64,000 nt of DNA. It comes from a virus. Positions 9,283 to 18,322 of this stretch are shown piece by piece (position 1 is the stretch's first letter; every line of letters starts with the position of its first letter). The notes below the pieces were generated by a model. That model was not told the origin of the DNA, made no database searches, and saw only the letters and a program-made list of their open reading frames with translations. Both the position numbers and the translations under genes were made by a program. Where the stretch lies: the IMG/VR virus record IMGVR_UViG_3300031758_000006; one strand, given 5' to 3'.

Positions 9283-10354
9283 AATGTTTAATCATGTGTT
9301 CTTCAATTTGATTTAAAATATGATTAGAAACCATATCATTATCAGGTCCTGTGGTAAATCTTTGTACTACCTGAATTGGTACCAACCTAGCTTGTCGTGT
9401 GACCGCGGTTACTTCTCTTTCTTCCATTACGATATCACAAACAGGAGGTTCCGGGTCAATAATTTCCTCTTGTTCTCCCGATTCATGAATCATGGGTTGG
9501 TTGATTTCATCAGGTAATTTACCATGATGTCCTCTCATTTTCTTTTTCTCATCATCCGAGAATAGTTTATAGTTTGGTATTGTTGTCGGTAATTTAAGAT
9601 CTGTCTCCCTTAATATTATTTCCAAGATGGAAAGTGGTAGTCCCGTTTGTATGGTATCAATTTGTTTGTCCTCCTGGTTGAATGTTTTAAACACGTAATT
9701 TTCGTGTTCATTAAACTCTAATTCAAAGTAATTCGGACAGTGTTTGTAGAAAGCGAACTTTTTATTTTCTTTTTTATCGATTAGGTAGATCAAAATACCT
9801 CTTGAATGGTTATAGAAATAAGAATCGTCATTAATCATAGCTGTACACCATTTAGTTTGGTAACCGTACGAACAAGATGACATATAAGTTAGTGGTTTAA
9901 AAATCAAATAATTTTGATCCTCATAAATCCTATGGATTTCTTTTTTTGATTTCTTAAACATCTCACGATTCTTAGCTTCAAATAAATTTGTCTCCAACAT
10001 TTCCCAAGAATCATATTTACTAATATCGTTTTCTTGTATTAAACCTTTCTCCATTAATTGTGTAAATTCCACAAATCTACTCATATTACCGTGAGAAAAT
10101 ATCCAGTCAGTAATATAATCCCTAATTAGAGCGTTTTCACAAGAACTGTATGGCATTACATCATCAAGTGGGTCGTTTTCACGGAATGGTCTTACAAAAC
10201 TCCTGTCGTTTTCGATTGCCGATACTTTTTTAGTAAACATTTTAACTAAAAATTGTGTATATTTTTTAGTTTTAGTCGAATCAAACTTAGATAACATGTC
10301 AATGAGTGTCATGTTTAAAAGATCATTTTCTTTTTTTAATTTTTTAATCCCCAT
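9263..10354 (-). CDS. Hypothetical protein with YGxxTKWC domain
   Basis: Paralogous to 16331..17263. Confidence 0.7.
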   Translation of the reverse strand: MGIKKLKKENDLLNMTLIDMLSKFDSTKTKKYTQFLVKMFTKKVSAIENDRSFVRPFRENDPLDDVMPYSSCENALIRDYITDWIFSHGNMSRFVEFTQLMEKGLIQENDISKYDSWEMLETNLFEAKNREMFKKSKKEIHRIYEDQNYLIFKPLTYMSSCSYGYQTKWCTAMINDDSYFYNHSRGILIYLIDKKENKKFAFYKHCPNYFELEFNEHENYVFKTFNQEDKQIDTIQTGLPLSILEIILRETDLKLPTTIPNYKLFSDDEKKKMRGHHGKLPDEINQPMIHESGEQEEIIDPEPPVCDIVMEEREVTAVTRQARLVPIQVVQRFTTGPDNDMVSNHILNQIEEHMIKHYGESEQ

Positions 10355-10357
10355 ATA

Positions 10358-10543
10358 TTATTCATTTATTTCTGTTAAACAAGATCCAAGAAGTATTAAT
10401 TCAAATAGTACAAATCCCATTATATTAAAAAATCCACTAAACAACTCCCAGGTTGTGATGTCCAACGACCCAAAAACTAAGGAGAATATTGAGTACCAGA
10501 ATAGGTTTTTTGATAAAAACTCTAAAAAGTTCAGTGTGTACAT
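10358..10543 (-). CDS. Small membrane protein
   Basis: Two hydrophobic helices; operon position. Confidence 0.6.
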   Translation of the reverse strand: MYTLNFLEFLSKNLFWYSIFSLVFGSLDITTWELFSGFFNIMGFVLFELILLGSCLTEINE

Positions 10544-10545
10544 GT

Positions 10546-10773
10546 TTATTTGACGATTATTGGTTCAACAATCACTAATATTTCCTCAATACGATCAGTT
10601 TTTAATTTTACAATTCTATCCTCTTTAAGTAATAATTCCTCATCACCTGAATTTATATTGTTATAGTATTCTTTTAATTTGTCTTTTGCCGAATATTCGG
10701 ACTTGTGAAATGATACGTATTTATCACACTCATCCCTTTTATCTAAAAGGGCAAACACTACTTGGTTATTCAT
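10546..10773 (-). CDS. Hypothetical protein
   Basis: Operon-packed ORF. Confidence 0.7.
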   Translation of the reverse strand: MNNQVVFALLDKRDECDKYVSFHKSEYSAKDKLKEYYNNINSGDEELLLKEDRIVKLKTDRIEEILVIVEPIIVK

Positions 10774-11039
10774 GGTAATCTACTTGATATTTTTTTAATT
10801 AATTCTTCTTCCTCATTTGTTAACAAATAATATGAGTTCCATATTTTCGTTAACTTGTCTCTTAATTCACGTTCACCTGGTGATTCCTCATCACCCCGAA
10901 CTACTTTTCTAATTTCCGGGTTTGGGTGTCCTTCTAAGACTCCATCATCGTGTAACCAATCCGCCATTATTTCTTTATCACGTCTATCCATTTCATGGTA
11001 GACCTCATCTAAATCAACATCAATTCTTATGTAAGCCAT
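10770..11039 (-). CDS. Hypothetical protein
   Basis: ATGA-coupled ORF. Confidence 0.7.
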   Translation of the reverse strand: MAYIRIDVDLDEVYHEMDRRDKEIMADWLHDDGVLEGHPNPEIRKVVRGDEESPGERELRDKLTKIWNSYYLLTNEEEELIKKISSRLP

Positions 11040-11079
11040 ATTGTGTTTTTTTTAAGTATAAAAATAAAAATTTAATAAA

Positions 11080-12222
11080 TCAATGGGAGTCCCCAACATT
11101 ATGTTTTTCACTGAAAATTAAATAATCTGGGTTAATAACTTTAGATACCTTATTTCGTTCTCCGGTAATCGTTTTAACCACAACACCTTCGTGAGGTACT
11201 TTGGTTCCTCTAATGAAATTATTAAATACGTATTCGTCTTGTTCTTCTTTAGACCATTTTCCTATGTATAATAATTCAACGGTTGGTAACTCCAAGTCAA
11301 TAAAGATCCCACGTTCAACAAAAAATTCTTTATAGTTACCATTAATTTCAACATCAAAACCAGCGAACTTAATATCCTCCAGTTGGTAATCATAATTTTT
11401 TTGAATCCCGTATCCATAGATTTCACCGTAAATAATTAAACCACTTTGTAATCTTTCCGGTGTATAATAAGTTTTAACATATTTCCATAATTTTTCTTTA
11501 ATCATGTATTGGTCCGCGATTGTTCTCCAAACATCTGTTGAGTAGAATCCCTGGGATTCAGATCCCTTCTCAACGTTATGAGATCCGTATACATACTCAA
11601 AGTAAACCCACTTATTTCCAAATAATCTCCTAATACGATCAATAATGGATAACTTTTTCTTTTTAACTATCCCATACCTAGCGTTGGTTCCATGAAGTTT
11701 TCTTGTTATAACTACTGTGTCCTCACCGGTGAACATATCCGGAACATTTTTTTGATTCGGGAATTTATGGTAAACATGGAAGTTTGGGTTTTGGTGATAT
11801 TTAAACTTTCGTCCACCTGAAACTAATGTAACGGTTTTTACCGGTGGTTCATATTTGGTGATCTCCATTTTTTCCATCATGTCCATACCGTCATAATACT
11901 GATCACCATAACCTGGTATGTACTTAGTGGGGATTATTAAACACTCTGAATAAACACCTCTCAATTTGACCGTACGAACTCTTTGGCCCTTACGTAGGTA
12001 ATTGGTCACACCCATTTTATCGGATAACTCCTGTGGTATTATCGCGTCTGTTGTGGCTATTACAACCAGGTCACCAACTTTATATTCACCTTTTGGGGTT
12101 ATGGAGTTCCATCCATTAACCATAACTAATTCAATATTGTCTGAATTTGGTATTTCGGATATTGACCCTATCGTACCAACATAAGCTACACTGTTTTGAT
12201 TTTCCATATTATAGTTTTTCAA
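11080..12222 (-). CDS. RNA ligase, DRB0094/Rnl2-like with N-terminal OB fold
   Basis: Motif I ITRKLHGTN, IYGEIYG, FAGFDV, HEGVVVK, KVINPDYL. Confidence 0.85.
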   Translation of the reverse strand: MKNYNMENQNSVAYVGTIGSISEIPNSDNIELVMVNGWNSITPKGEYKVGDLVVIATTDAIIPQELSDKMGVTNYLRKGQRVRTVKLRGVYSECLIIPTKYIPGYGDQYYDGMDMMEKMEITKYEPPVKTVTLVSGGRKFKYHQNPNFHVYHKFPNQKNVPDMFTGEDTVVITRKLHGTNARYGIVKKKKLSIIDRIRRLFGNKWVYFEYVYGSHNVEKGSESQGFYSTDVWRTIADQYMIKEKLWKYVKTYYTPERLQSGLIIYGEIYGYGIQKNYDYQLEDIKFAGFDVEINGNYKEFFVERGIFIDLELPTVELLYIGKWSKEEQDEYVFNNFIRGTKVPHEGVVVKTITGERNKVSKVINPDYLIFSEKHNVGDSH

Positions 12223-12469
12223 ATTCTTCTTTTACTAAATCTATTTCTTCATTCAACCTCTCAAGTGATTTGGTAATCATTTCTTTAATAAGATTTGTAT
12301 TATAGAGACTCACCTCTTGTTTACTCGGATAAACTCCTCCCTTTGAATATTCAACTTTTACACCTAAACTACAAGATTTAAGTGCGGATTCCAGTTTATA
12401 CTTTTGTATTTCTAACCTATCAAAATTCTCTTTGATTTTTTTTGCCTGTTCAAATTTTTCTACTTCCAT
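12209..12469 (-). CDS. Hypothetical coiled-coil protein
   Basis: Operon-packed ORF. Confidence 0.7.
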   Translation of the reverse strand: MEVEKFEQAKKIKENFDRLEIQKYKLESALKSCSLGVKVEYSKGGVYPSKQEVSLYNTNLIKEMITKSLERLNEEIDLVKEEFEKL

Positions 12470-12483
12470 TTTATTTTAAATTT

Positions 12484-13008
12484 TTAATTTTCACCATCTT
12501 CATCAGAATACTCTTTCTTCATAGATCTTGGTTCAACAAAATCCCACTTGGTGTTTTCAAATTCTTCAATCCATTCTTTCAAATCTTCTCTTGTCCATAT
12601 TGGTGCAAAAGATGGTCGGTATTTAAATGGTACATTATCTTTATTTTCCCACTCATCAAGTCGTTGTGTTACATCCTTAATAAAGTTTTTAGACTTAGTG
12701 TGTTTAACCCACTCTCGATAATCGTCCTCCGATTTGATGTACATAACATCGCCATAATTATAAAACTCCATTTCAGGAAATTCCAAATTTGGGTTATTGG
12801 TGTAAACATCAACAATGCCATTGTCTCCGTTGTATTCACCACAAAGTTCTTTTAATGAATATAAACTACTTGGTCTTTCTTCCCACACACTGCCAAACTG
12901 ACGGACAGAACAGATGTATAAATAACCATCCTCATATGAATGAATAAGTCCTTCAATTTTATTTCTCAAAGAAATAAGTTCGTCCATTGTTAATTTTGTA
13001 AGATCCAT
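12484..13008 (-). CDS. Hypothetical protein
   Basis: Operon-packed ORF. Confidence 0.7.
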   Translation of the reverse strand: MDLTKLTMDELISLRNKIEGLIHSYEDGYLYICSVRQFGSVWEERPSSLYSLKELCGEYNGDNGIVDVYTNNPNLEFPEMEFYNYGDVMYIKSEDDYREWVKHTKSKNFIKDVTQRLDEWENKDNVPFKYRPSFAPIWTREDLKEWIEEFENTKWDFVEPRSMKKEYSDEDGEN

Positions 13009-13009
13009 A

Positions 13010-13420
13010 TTATATGTTTAAATGTTTTTTTGCGTTCTCTAAAAATCCTTCAATATTTCTTTTTCCAACTGGGTTTGCACTATGAACCAAATACTCCGGT
13101 AATGGTTGGTTTTCATCTGCACAGTATTCCACAAGAAACTTTGCACAGTCAAGACCAGTTTTTTCTTCTATGTTATCATAATCCAAAGTTCCATTGGTTG
13201 CAACATTTCTAAAATATTCATCCATCGCGGTATCACCTAGGTCGTGATCAAATGATACAAATTTAGGGACTCCGTTAAGTTCAATGTATTCAACAAAATC
13301 ATCATAGTTTGTCACTATATCCCAATCATTGGAAAAGTAAAACTGATTGTGTTTATCTGAGACCAACCCAATTGCGTCTTTTGGGATTCTTACATCATCC
13401 AAAAATAATTTATTTTTCAT
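13010..13420 (-). CDS. Cyclic-phosphate-processing receiver (cREC) domain protein
   Basis: LFLDDVR.P, SFDHDLG, TGLDCAKFL, VHSANPVG. Confidence 0.8.
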   Translation of the reverse strand: MKNKLFLDDVRIPKDAIGLVSDKHNQFYFSNDWDIVTNYDDFVEYIELNGVPKFVSFDHDLGDTAMDEYFRNVATNGTLDYDNIEEKTGLDCAKFLVEYCADENQPLPEYLVHSANPVGKRNIEGFLENAKKHLNI

Positions 13421-13733
13421 ACAATCCGTCTTTTTCGTCGTCTTTCATCATTTTAACTATTGCACTTTCTCTTTTGTATTTTCTCAAAAGATTGAAGATT
13501 TCCTTGATATCTGTAAATTCAGATGGTGGCGAGTCGTTTCTTCCTGGAAGAAACATCACAGTAAATCCGTGATTTGCTGCAAACCTTTCGGTTACTCTAA
13601 TACCATTGATTTCATCAAGATAAATCCAAGGAAAGTTTCCTGATAGTTTTACTTCTATTCCTATTTTTTTAAGTCGTTCAATAAACACTGCAAGTTTATC
13701 TGTGCTTATTTTTGTGCTGTTTCTTGTTTCCAT
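13410..13733 (-). CDS. Hypothetical protein (start reassigned to METRN)
   Basis: The longer ORF-track start overlaps the upstream Cys-rich gene. Confidence 0.65.
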   Translation of the reverse strand: METRNSTKISTDKLAVFIERLKKIGIEVKLSGNFPWIYLDEINGIRVTERFAANHGFTVMFLPGRNDSPPSEFTDIKEIFNLLRKYKRESAIVKMMKDDEKDGLYEK

Positions 13734-13749
13734 CGTATATGTTCCAAAT

Positions 13750-13923
13750 TTAGTTTTTACTTCCATAACATTCAAGTTTTTTATCCGTTACATTCCACAA
13801 ATCTTTTTTTCCTTCCGTCATATGACAGTTGTGTTTCTTTCCGGTTCTTTTACCGAACTCCACAATCATATCATTATGACGATTACGAATAAAATGAGGA
13901 CATTCTTTGCAGGGTTTTTTCAC
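13750..13923 (-). CDS. 57-aa GTG-start Cys/His metal-binding protein (not in ORF track)
   Basis: VKKPCKECPH...HNCH...ECYG; fills the gap. Confidence 0.65.
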   Translation of the reverse strand: MKKPCKECPHFIRNRHNDMIVEFGKRTGKKHNCHMTEGKKDLWNVTDKKLECYGSKN

Positions 13924-13959
13924 TCCGTAAAGTTAAGAAATGTTTTTTAATGAAACAAA

Positions 13960-15198
13960 TTATTTTTTGAAATTGTAGGTGGTTTGGATTGGTCTTTTAC
14001 CGTACTTCTTTTCCATAAGTTTCTGGTGTAAATCCCAATTCACGATCGATTCGTTTGTTTGTTCCTTCTCGTCTGGGATTAAGGAATAAATTTTTGATAT
14101 TTTTTTTAACATTTGATTACCTAATCTATTAAAATTTTCACATTCATCTTTAAAAAACTGTACAGGATCATTTTGATACCTTACAGTTCTTGAGATGTAT
14201 TTATCTCTAATCCTTTCCTTTTCTTTATCTATGAATGGACTAGAAGTTCCAATAAAATTTGAAAACAATTGGTCCAGTCTGTCTTTAGCGTTATAAAATT
14301 GATCGTCGAAAATGTTAATCTTAGCGTTTACTATGTTGATATATACAAGTTCAAGGATCTTTGATATTTTTTCATTATCTGACATATTTTTTGGGTCAAG
14401 TTTAACGTGTGTTAATAACCTATCAATTCTGTCCATTTCATTTTTCATACTTTCAATTAATTTATCAAAAGTAAGATCTCTAATATTTTTAATTTCAATG
14501 AATGTTGGGTCATTGGTTATGAACTCATAAAATTGGTCTCTGGTGACTCCTTTTAATTTCATCCTAGCAGCTATCTCAGTTGGTCTAACCAGATTCTCAA
14601 TTGAACTGATGAAATAAGATTTTCTCATAAAATCATCGATCACCGGAATACCGAATCTAATTCCAGATGACGCGTATACTTGGTATTTTGCTAATTTACC
14701 TAATTGACCCATCTTCTTTTTGGATTTGTCATATCTGTGTTTTAACTCATGTGCTAATATTGAGATGGTTTCAATACTATCTTTTGTAAACGACTCATAC
14801 ATATCACTTGGTTCCCAATTTTCTGAAGCTATAAAACTTAAAGCTAAATCTAGTTTAGAATTTTGTAATATAATTACCATTTTAATACCCGTATCAAATC
14901 TAGATTGGTTATAAACACCCATAGACCCAATCACCATTTCACCATCATATTCATCGACAGTTTCAACGGAAACCTCAACTTCTAGTTCCTTTAATTTCAG
15001 ATCCAAAATGTTAATTTCAAATGTACTCCCAAATTCGTATTTGGGTTCTTTGGTGTTAATTTTTTTCAATTGTTCCGAAATGAAGTTATATAATTTTTCA
15101 GCTTCATCTATAATACCTTCAGGTACTCCAACAGCTTCAGTTATCAATTTTTTTGATATATAATTAAGTTGATTCTCGGTTAAAAAAATATTTTTCAT
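13960..15198 (-). CDS. Putative virion-associated protein with zincin HExxH motif
   Basis: MKNIFLTENQL..LITEA leader; ILAHELKH; TATTTAT at 15204-15210. Confidence 0.6.
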   Translation of the reverse strand: MKNIFLTENQLNYISKKLITEAVGVPEGIIDEAEKLYNFISEQLKKINTKEPKYEFGSTFEINILDLKLKELEVEVSVETVDEYDGEMVIGSMGVYNQSRFDTGIKMVIILQNSKLDLALSFIASENWEPSDMYESFTKDSIETISILAHELKHRYDKSKKKMGQLGKLAKYQVYASSGIRFGIPVIDDFMRKSYFISSIENLVRPTEIAARMKLKGVTRDQFYEFITNDPTFIEIKNIRDLTFDKLIESMKNEMDRIDRLLTHVKLDPKNMSDNEKISKILELVYINIVNAKINIFDDQFYNAKDRLDQLFSNFIGTSSPFIDKEKERIRDKYISRTVRYQNDPVQFFKDECENFNRLGNQMLKKISKIYSLIPDEKEQTNESIVNWDLHQKLMEKKYGKRPIQTTYNFKK

Positions 15199-15212
15199 AT
15201 TATATAAATATA

Positions 15213-15240
15213 AAGGGGACCCATTATAGATCCCCAGTTT
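15213..15240 (-). terminator. Probable intrinsic terminator
   Basis: GGGGA...TCCCC stem followed by T-rich tract on the minus strand. Confidence 0.45.
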
Positions 15241-15261
15241 AGAATTAATCAATAAGTATGT

Positions 15262-15627
15262 TTACTTCCGTAAAGGTACGGTGTCAACAATTTCCAAAGA
15301 TACCGGAATAATTCCAGCTCTAATAATGTTTAACTTCTTAGCACATCCATAAGACAAATCTATAATCATCTTTGACGACTTTGGTAGTCTATCGTTGATC
15401 TTGACCAGGATTGTGTCATTATTTTTTAAATTTTTCACCTTAACAATGGTTCCAAATTTATAGTACTTGTGTGCTGCGGTTAAACTGTCACTGTAAAATG
15501 TTTCACCTGACGCGGTTTTCCTTCCGGTCCAGTGTTGTCCATAATACGAAGCTGTTCCCTTTACCGGACCACCACTCATCATAACCGACATCAAAAACAT
15601 CGGTAAAAATAAACTAGCTTTTCTCAT
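15262..15627 (-). CDS. rlpA: RlpA-like double-psi beta-barrel lytic transglycosylase
   Basis: GTASYYG, GRKTASGE, LTAAHK, VKINDR, IIDLS. Confidence 0.9.
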   Translation of the reverse strand: MRKASLFLPMFLMSVMMSGGPVKGTASYYGQHWTGRKTASGETFYSDSLTAAHKYYKFGTIVKVKNLKNNDTILVKINDRLPKSSKMIIDLSYGCAKKLNIIRAGIIPVSLEIVDTVPLRK

Positions 15628-15666
15628 AGTTTTTGTTTTTATTTTGGTTTATTTATTACAAATTAA

Positions 15667-16320
15667 TTACCCAACAACACCAACCTTATCATCCAGGTGG
15701 TGGTCATCAAGTACTTCAGACCCAATTGGTCGTTTATTCATTATTCTAACTATTTCATCAATAGTGTATGGGTTCATATTATTCCCATCAACACCAACAT
15801 CCATTTTTTTACCATTACCAAATTTTCTATGTTCTGGTAAATGAACGTGACCATGAAGATGAATAACACCTTTGTTTAACCCATGCCAACTCTGTAATGG
15901 GTAGTGACACAAAACAAATGAATTATCATCTATTTTAACTTCCAAGTAATGTTGTACACTTAAAAATCTTGTTTGGATGTTTGCTCTGTTATTTTCAATG
16001 TGGTGATCGTGATTTCCTAATATTAGGTGGATGTTTTGACAAACAAGTCTATCAAGGAATATATCAATATTTTCAAATCCCCCAAATGAAACGTCACCCA
16101 ACATTATTAGGGTATCATCTTGACCCACCTTACTATTAATACCTTCAACTAATCTTTCATTCATTTTTTCAATGGTGTCAAAATCTCTAGTTGAGTCGGT
16201 TGGTATCTCACCTTCCGGTGTTCTCCAGTTTGTCGTACCTCTAACTATGTTCTTATGTCCATAGTGTGTGTCTGAAGTTATAAAAACTTTTCCGGTTGTT
16301 AATATTTTTTTAAAATTCAT
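15667..16320 (-). CDS. Calcineurin-like metallophosphoesterase
   Basis: SDTHYGH, GD, GNHD, HGHVH. Confidence 0.88.
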   Translation of the reverse strand: MNFKKILTTGKVFITSDTHYGHKNIVRGTTNWRTPEGEIPTDSTRDFDTIEKMNERLVEGINSKVGQDDTLIMLGDVSFGGFENIDIFLDRLVCQNIHLILGNHDHHIENNRANIQTRFLSVQHYLEVKIDDNSFVLCHYPLQSWHGLNKGVIHLHGHVHLPEHRKFGNGKKMDVGVDGNNMNPYTIDEIVRIMNKRPIGSEVLDDHHLDDKVGVVG

Positions 16321-16330
16321 ATCCTATTTT

Positions 16331-17263
16331 TTATGGTAAATCATCTAACCAATCAAGATCACTTGGTGGGACAAATCTAGAAGAGTCCGGGTAACTATTA
16401 ATCATATTCCTAAGTCTAGAAATCCTATCAACATTATAACTTCTATTTGGGTTTGCTGGTCTTGGGATATCTAGGGTCGCTGTTGTACTGATAGAGTATG
16501 GATTTCCCATTGTCCCGTATAATGAATCTGAATTGGTTAATAATGTATTATTTTCTATCCCAGCTAGTTCACCGGTTGTCTTATACATTTGTAATTCTTT
16601 TTTTACAACCAAAAACAATTCATCTGGGATTTCACTGATTGACATCGGGTCTATTTCTTTATCTTGTTCATTCCAAGCTTGTATTTGATTGTTTCTGTTT
16701 CTTTGATGTTCCAACCTAAAGTTTCTTGAGAACGCTATTTTTAAACCGGTGGTTTTATTTATAACATACACTAATCGGTGTGTTGATAAATAATTAACCC
16801 AATATTTTTCTTGTGTCACACACCATTTTGTGTTTGATCCGTAGGTTTTGGATGACTCAAAACTTAATGGGGTTATTATAAACCAGGTATCGTCCTCGTA
16901 AATTTTAATAACTTCTTTTTCTAGTTTTTTCCTATTTTCAATTTCTTCGGCTTTTTTAACAACCTCATACAATTCTAGAAAATTACTATAAGAACTAATA
17001 TCTTTATTTTCAATTCTATTAGATCTAGAGTGTCTCTCAAATTCATTTAGGGTTTCAATCTCACCCGAACCAAATAAGAACACTCCCATATACCCCATGA
17101 ACTCTTCTTTATTTGGACTATAATACTCATTGTCTCTTTTGAAGTTTTTAATCAAAAAATCCAAATACTTATACGAATCAGTTGGGTCCAAATAAGAGAT
17201 TATATCAATTATTGATACATTCAAATCTGGGTGTTGTTCTTTTAATTTATCTAACCTACTCAT
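16331..17263 (-). CDS. Hypothetical protein with YGxxTKWC domain
   Basis: Paralogous to 9263..10354. Confidence 0.7.
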   Translation of the reverse strand: MSRLDKLKEQHPDLNVSIIDIISYLDPTDSYKYLDFLIKNFKRDNEYYSPNKEEFMGYMGVFLFGSGEIETLNEFERHSRSNRIENKDISSYSNFLELYEVVKKAEEIENRKKLEKEVIKIYEDDTWFIITPLSFESSKTYGSNTKWCVTQEKYWVNYLSTHRLVYVINKTTGLKIAFSRNFRLEHQRNRNNQIQAWNEQDKEIDPMSISEIPDELFLVVKKELQMYKTTGELAGIENNTLLTNSDSLYGTMGNPYSISTTATLDIPRPANPNRSYNVDRISRLRNMINSYPDSSRFVPPSDLDWLDDLP

Positions 17264-17649
17264 AACTTAATTTCAAAACGATTTATCATTTGTTCAATTT
17301 TATCTTCTGGGACATCGTGTTGGTTTTTACCACCGTGTCTGTTTTCAACAATAATGGTGAAAACGGTATATCCAAACTCCTTAGCTAAATCAAAATATGG
17401 TTTCATTTCCCATTCTTGGGTTGAGGTGTTTGAGACGACTATCTTTGGGTACTCCAGGATCATATCAGTTTTAACAAAACTTTGACACCATTGGTGTGCG
17501 TCTTTGATTTTCGTTGGGTTAAATTCATATTTCCCTGATGGAGTTACAAAGTACATATCAGCTTCGTAGTGTTGTCCACCCAATGTTTTAGCAAAGGTAC
17601 TCTTCCCTGATCCGGGAATTCCTCTAACGATATATAATATTTTATCCAT
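17260..17649 (-). CDS. P-loop kinase (polynucleotide-kinase/AAA_33-like)
   Basis: RGIPGSGKST; SNT...WE..PY; HDVP...M..RFE. Confidence 0.85.
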   Translation of the reverse strand: MDKILYIVRGIPGSGKSTFAKTLGGQHYEADMYFVTPSGKYEFNPTKIKDAHQWCQSFVKTDMILEYPKIVVSNTSTQEWEMKPYFDLAKEFGYTVFTIIVENRHGGKNQHDVPEDKIEQMINRFEIKL

Positions 17650-17653
17650 GTGA

Positions 17654-17685
17654 CAAATATAAATCTTTTTTTTTGAAAAAACAAA
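17654..17685 (-). promoter_or_regulatory. Bacteroidota-type -33/-7 promoter
   Basis: TTTG-N20-TATATTTG ending 4 nt before the kinase ATG. Confidence 0.75.
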
Positions 17686-17692
17686 TATTTAT
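17686..17692 (+). promoter_or_regulatory. TATTTAT putative late promoter
   Basis: 4 nt upstream of the ECF sigma ATG. Confidence 0.55.
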
Positions 17693-17696
17693 AAGT

Positions 17697-18248
17697 ATGA
17701 AATTGGTATTATCAGAAAATCAATATAGAGTTCTGCTTTTTGAATCTTCGGATTTTGGGGAGATCTATAAGATGTATTACCAGGAAATGTATCGTAAGAT
17801 CTGTTATCCGATGTCTAACAACGACTCTGACTTAGCTAAAGACTATTGTCAGTCAGCGTTTATAAAAGCGTATGAGAAATTTGATAAATTTGATGATGTA
17901 CGTAATGTTCAAGGTTGGTTAGCTAGGTTAATTAGAAACCACATAATAGATCAAATGAGGGGTAATAAAATGAAACATACTTCAGATAGTGAACTGTTGT
18001 CCACTCCAGAGGAGGAGCCAAATGACCCAAATTTATTTATGAATGAGTATAGTGAGGAGGAGATTAAAAAAGCTATTGATATGTTAACACCAAACTATAA
18101 AAAAGTATTAAAGATGTACTACTTTGAAGGTCTATCTCACCAGGAAATAGCTGACGAACTGGGTATTAGTGAGGGTACATCAAAATCAAACCTACATAAA
18201 GCTAAAGCTAATTTTAAGAAAAACCTTAAAAAAATTAAAGGGGAATAA
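17697..18248 (+). CDS. ECF-type RNA polymerase sigma factor with N-terminal LSE/LFE leader
   Basis: AKDYCQSAFIKAY, GWLARLIRNHIIDQMR, L..FEGLSHQEIADELGISEGTSKSNLHKAK. Confidence 0.88.
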   Translation: MKLVLSENQYRVLLFESSDFGEIYKMYYQEMYRKICYPMSNNDSDLAKDYCQSAFIKAYEKFDKFDDVRNVQGWLARLIRNHIIDQMRGNKMKHTSDSELLSTPEEEPNDPNLFMNEYSEEEIKKAIDMLTPNYKKVLKMYYFEGLSHQEIADELGISEGTSKSNLHKAKANFKKNLKKIKGE

Positions 18249-18259
18249 ATCCCCCCTTA
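18229..18259 (-). terminator. Terminator at convergent gene junction
   Basis: GGGGA-TTTAT-TCCCC followed by TTTAATTTTTT. Confidence 0.6.
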
Positions 18260-18267
18260 AATTTTAG

Positions 18268-18319
18268 GTCAACACTTAGATTGTGTCCGACTCCACCACC
18301 TTGTTTTTTCTAAACAAGG
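18268..18319 (-). ncRNA. Candidate two-hairpin RNA element in 3' UTR
   Basis: CCTTGTTT/AAACAAGG stem, TGGTGGA linker, GTCGGACAC/GTGTTGAC stem; loops complementary (TAGA/TCTA). Confidence 0.35.
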
Positions 18320-18322
18320 AAA

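Noticed and set aside
18280-18320. Superficial likeness of GAAAAA...GGTGG..GAGTCGG to a tracrRNA 3' end
   Set aside because: Match is short, with no anti-repeat and no Cas gene nearby
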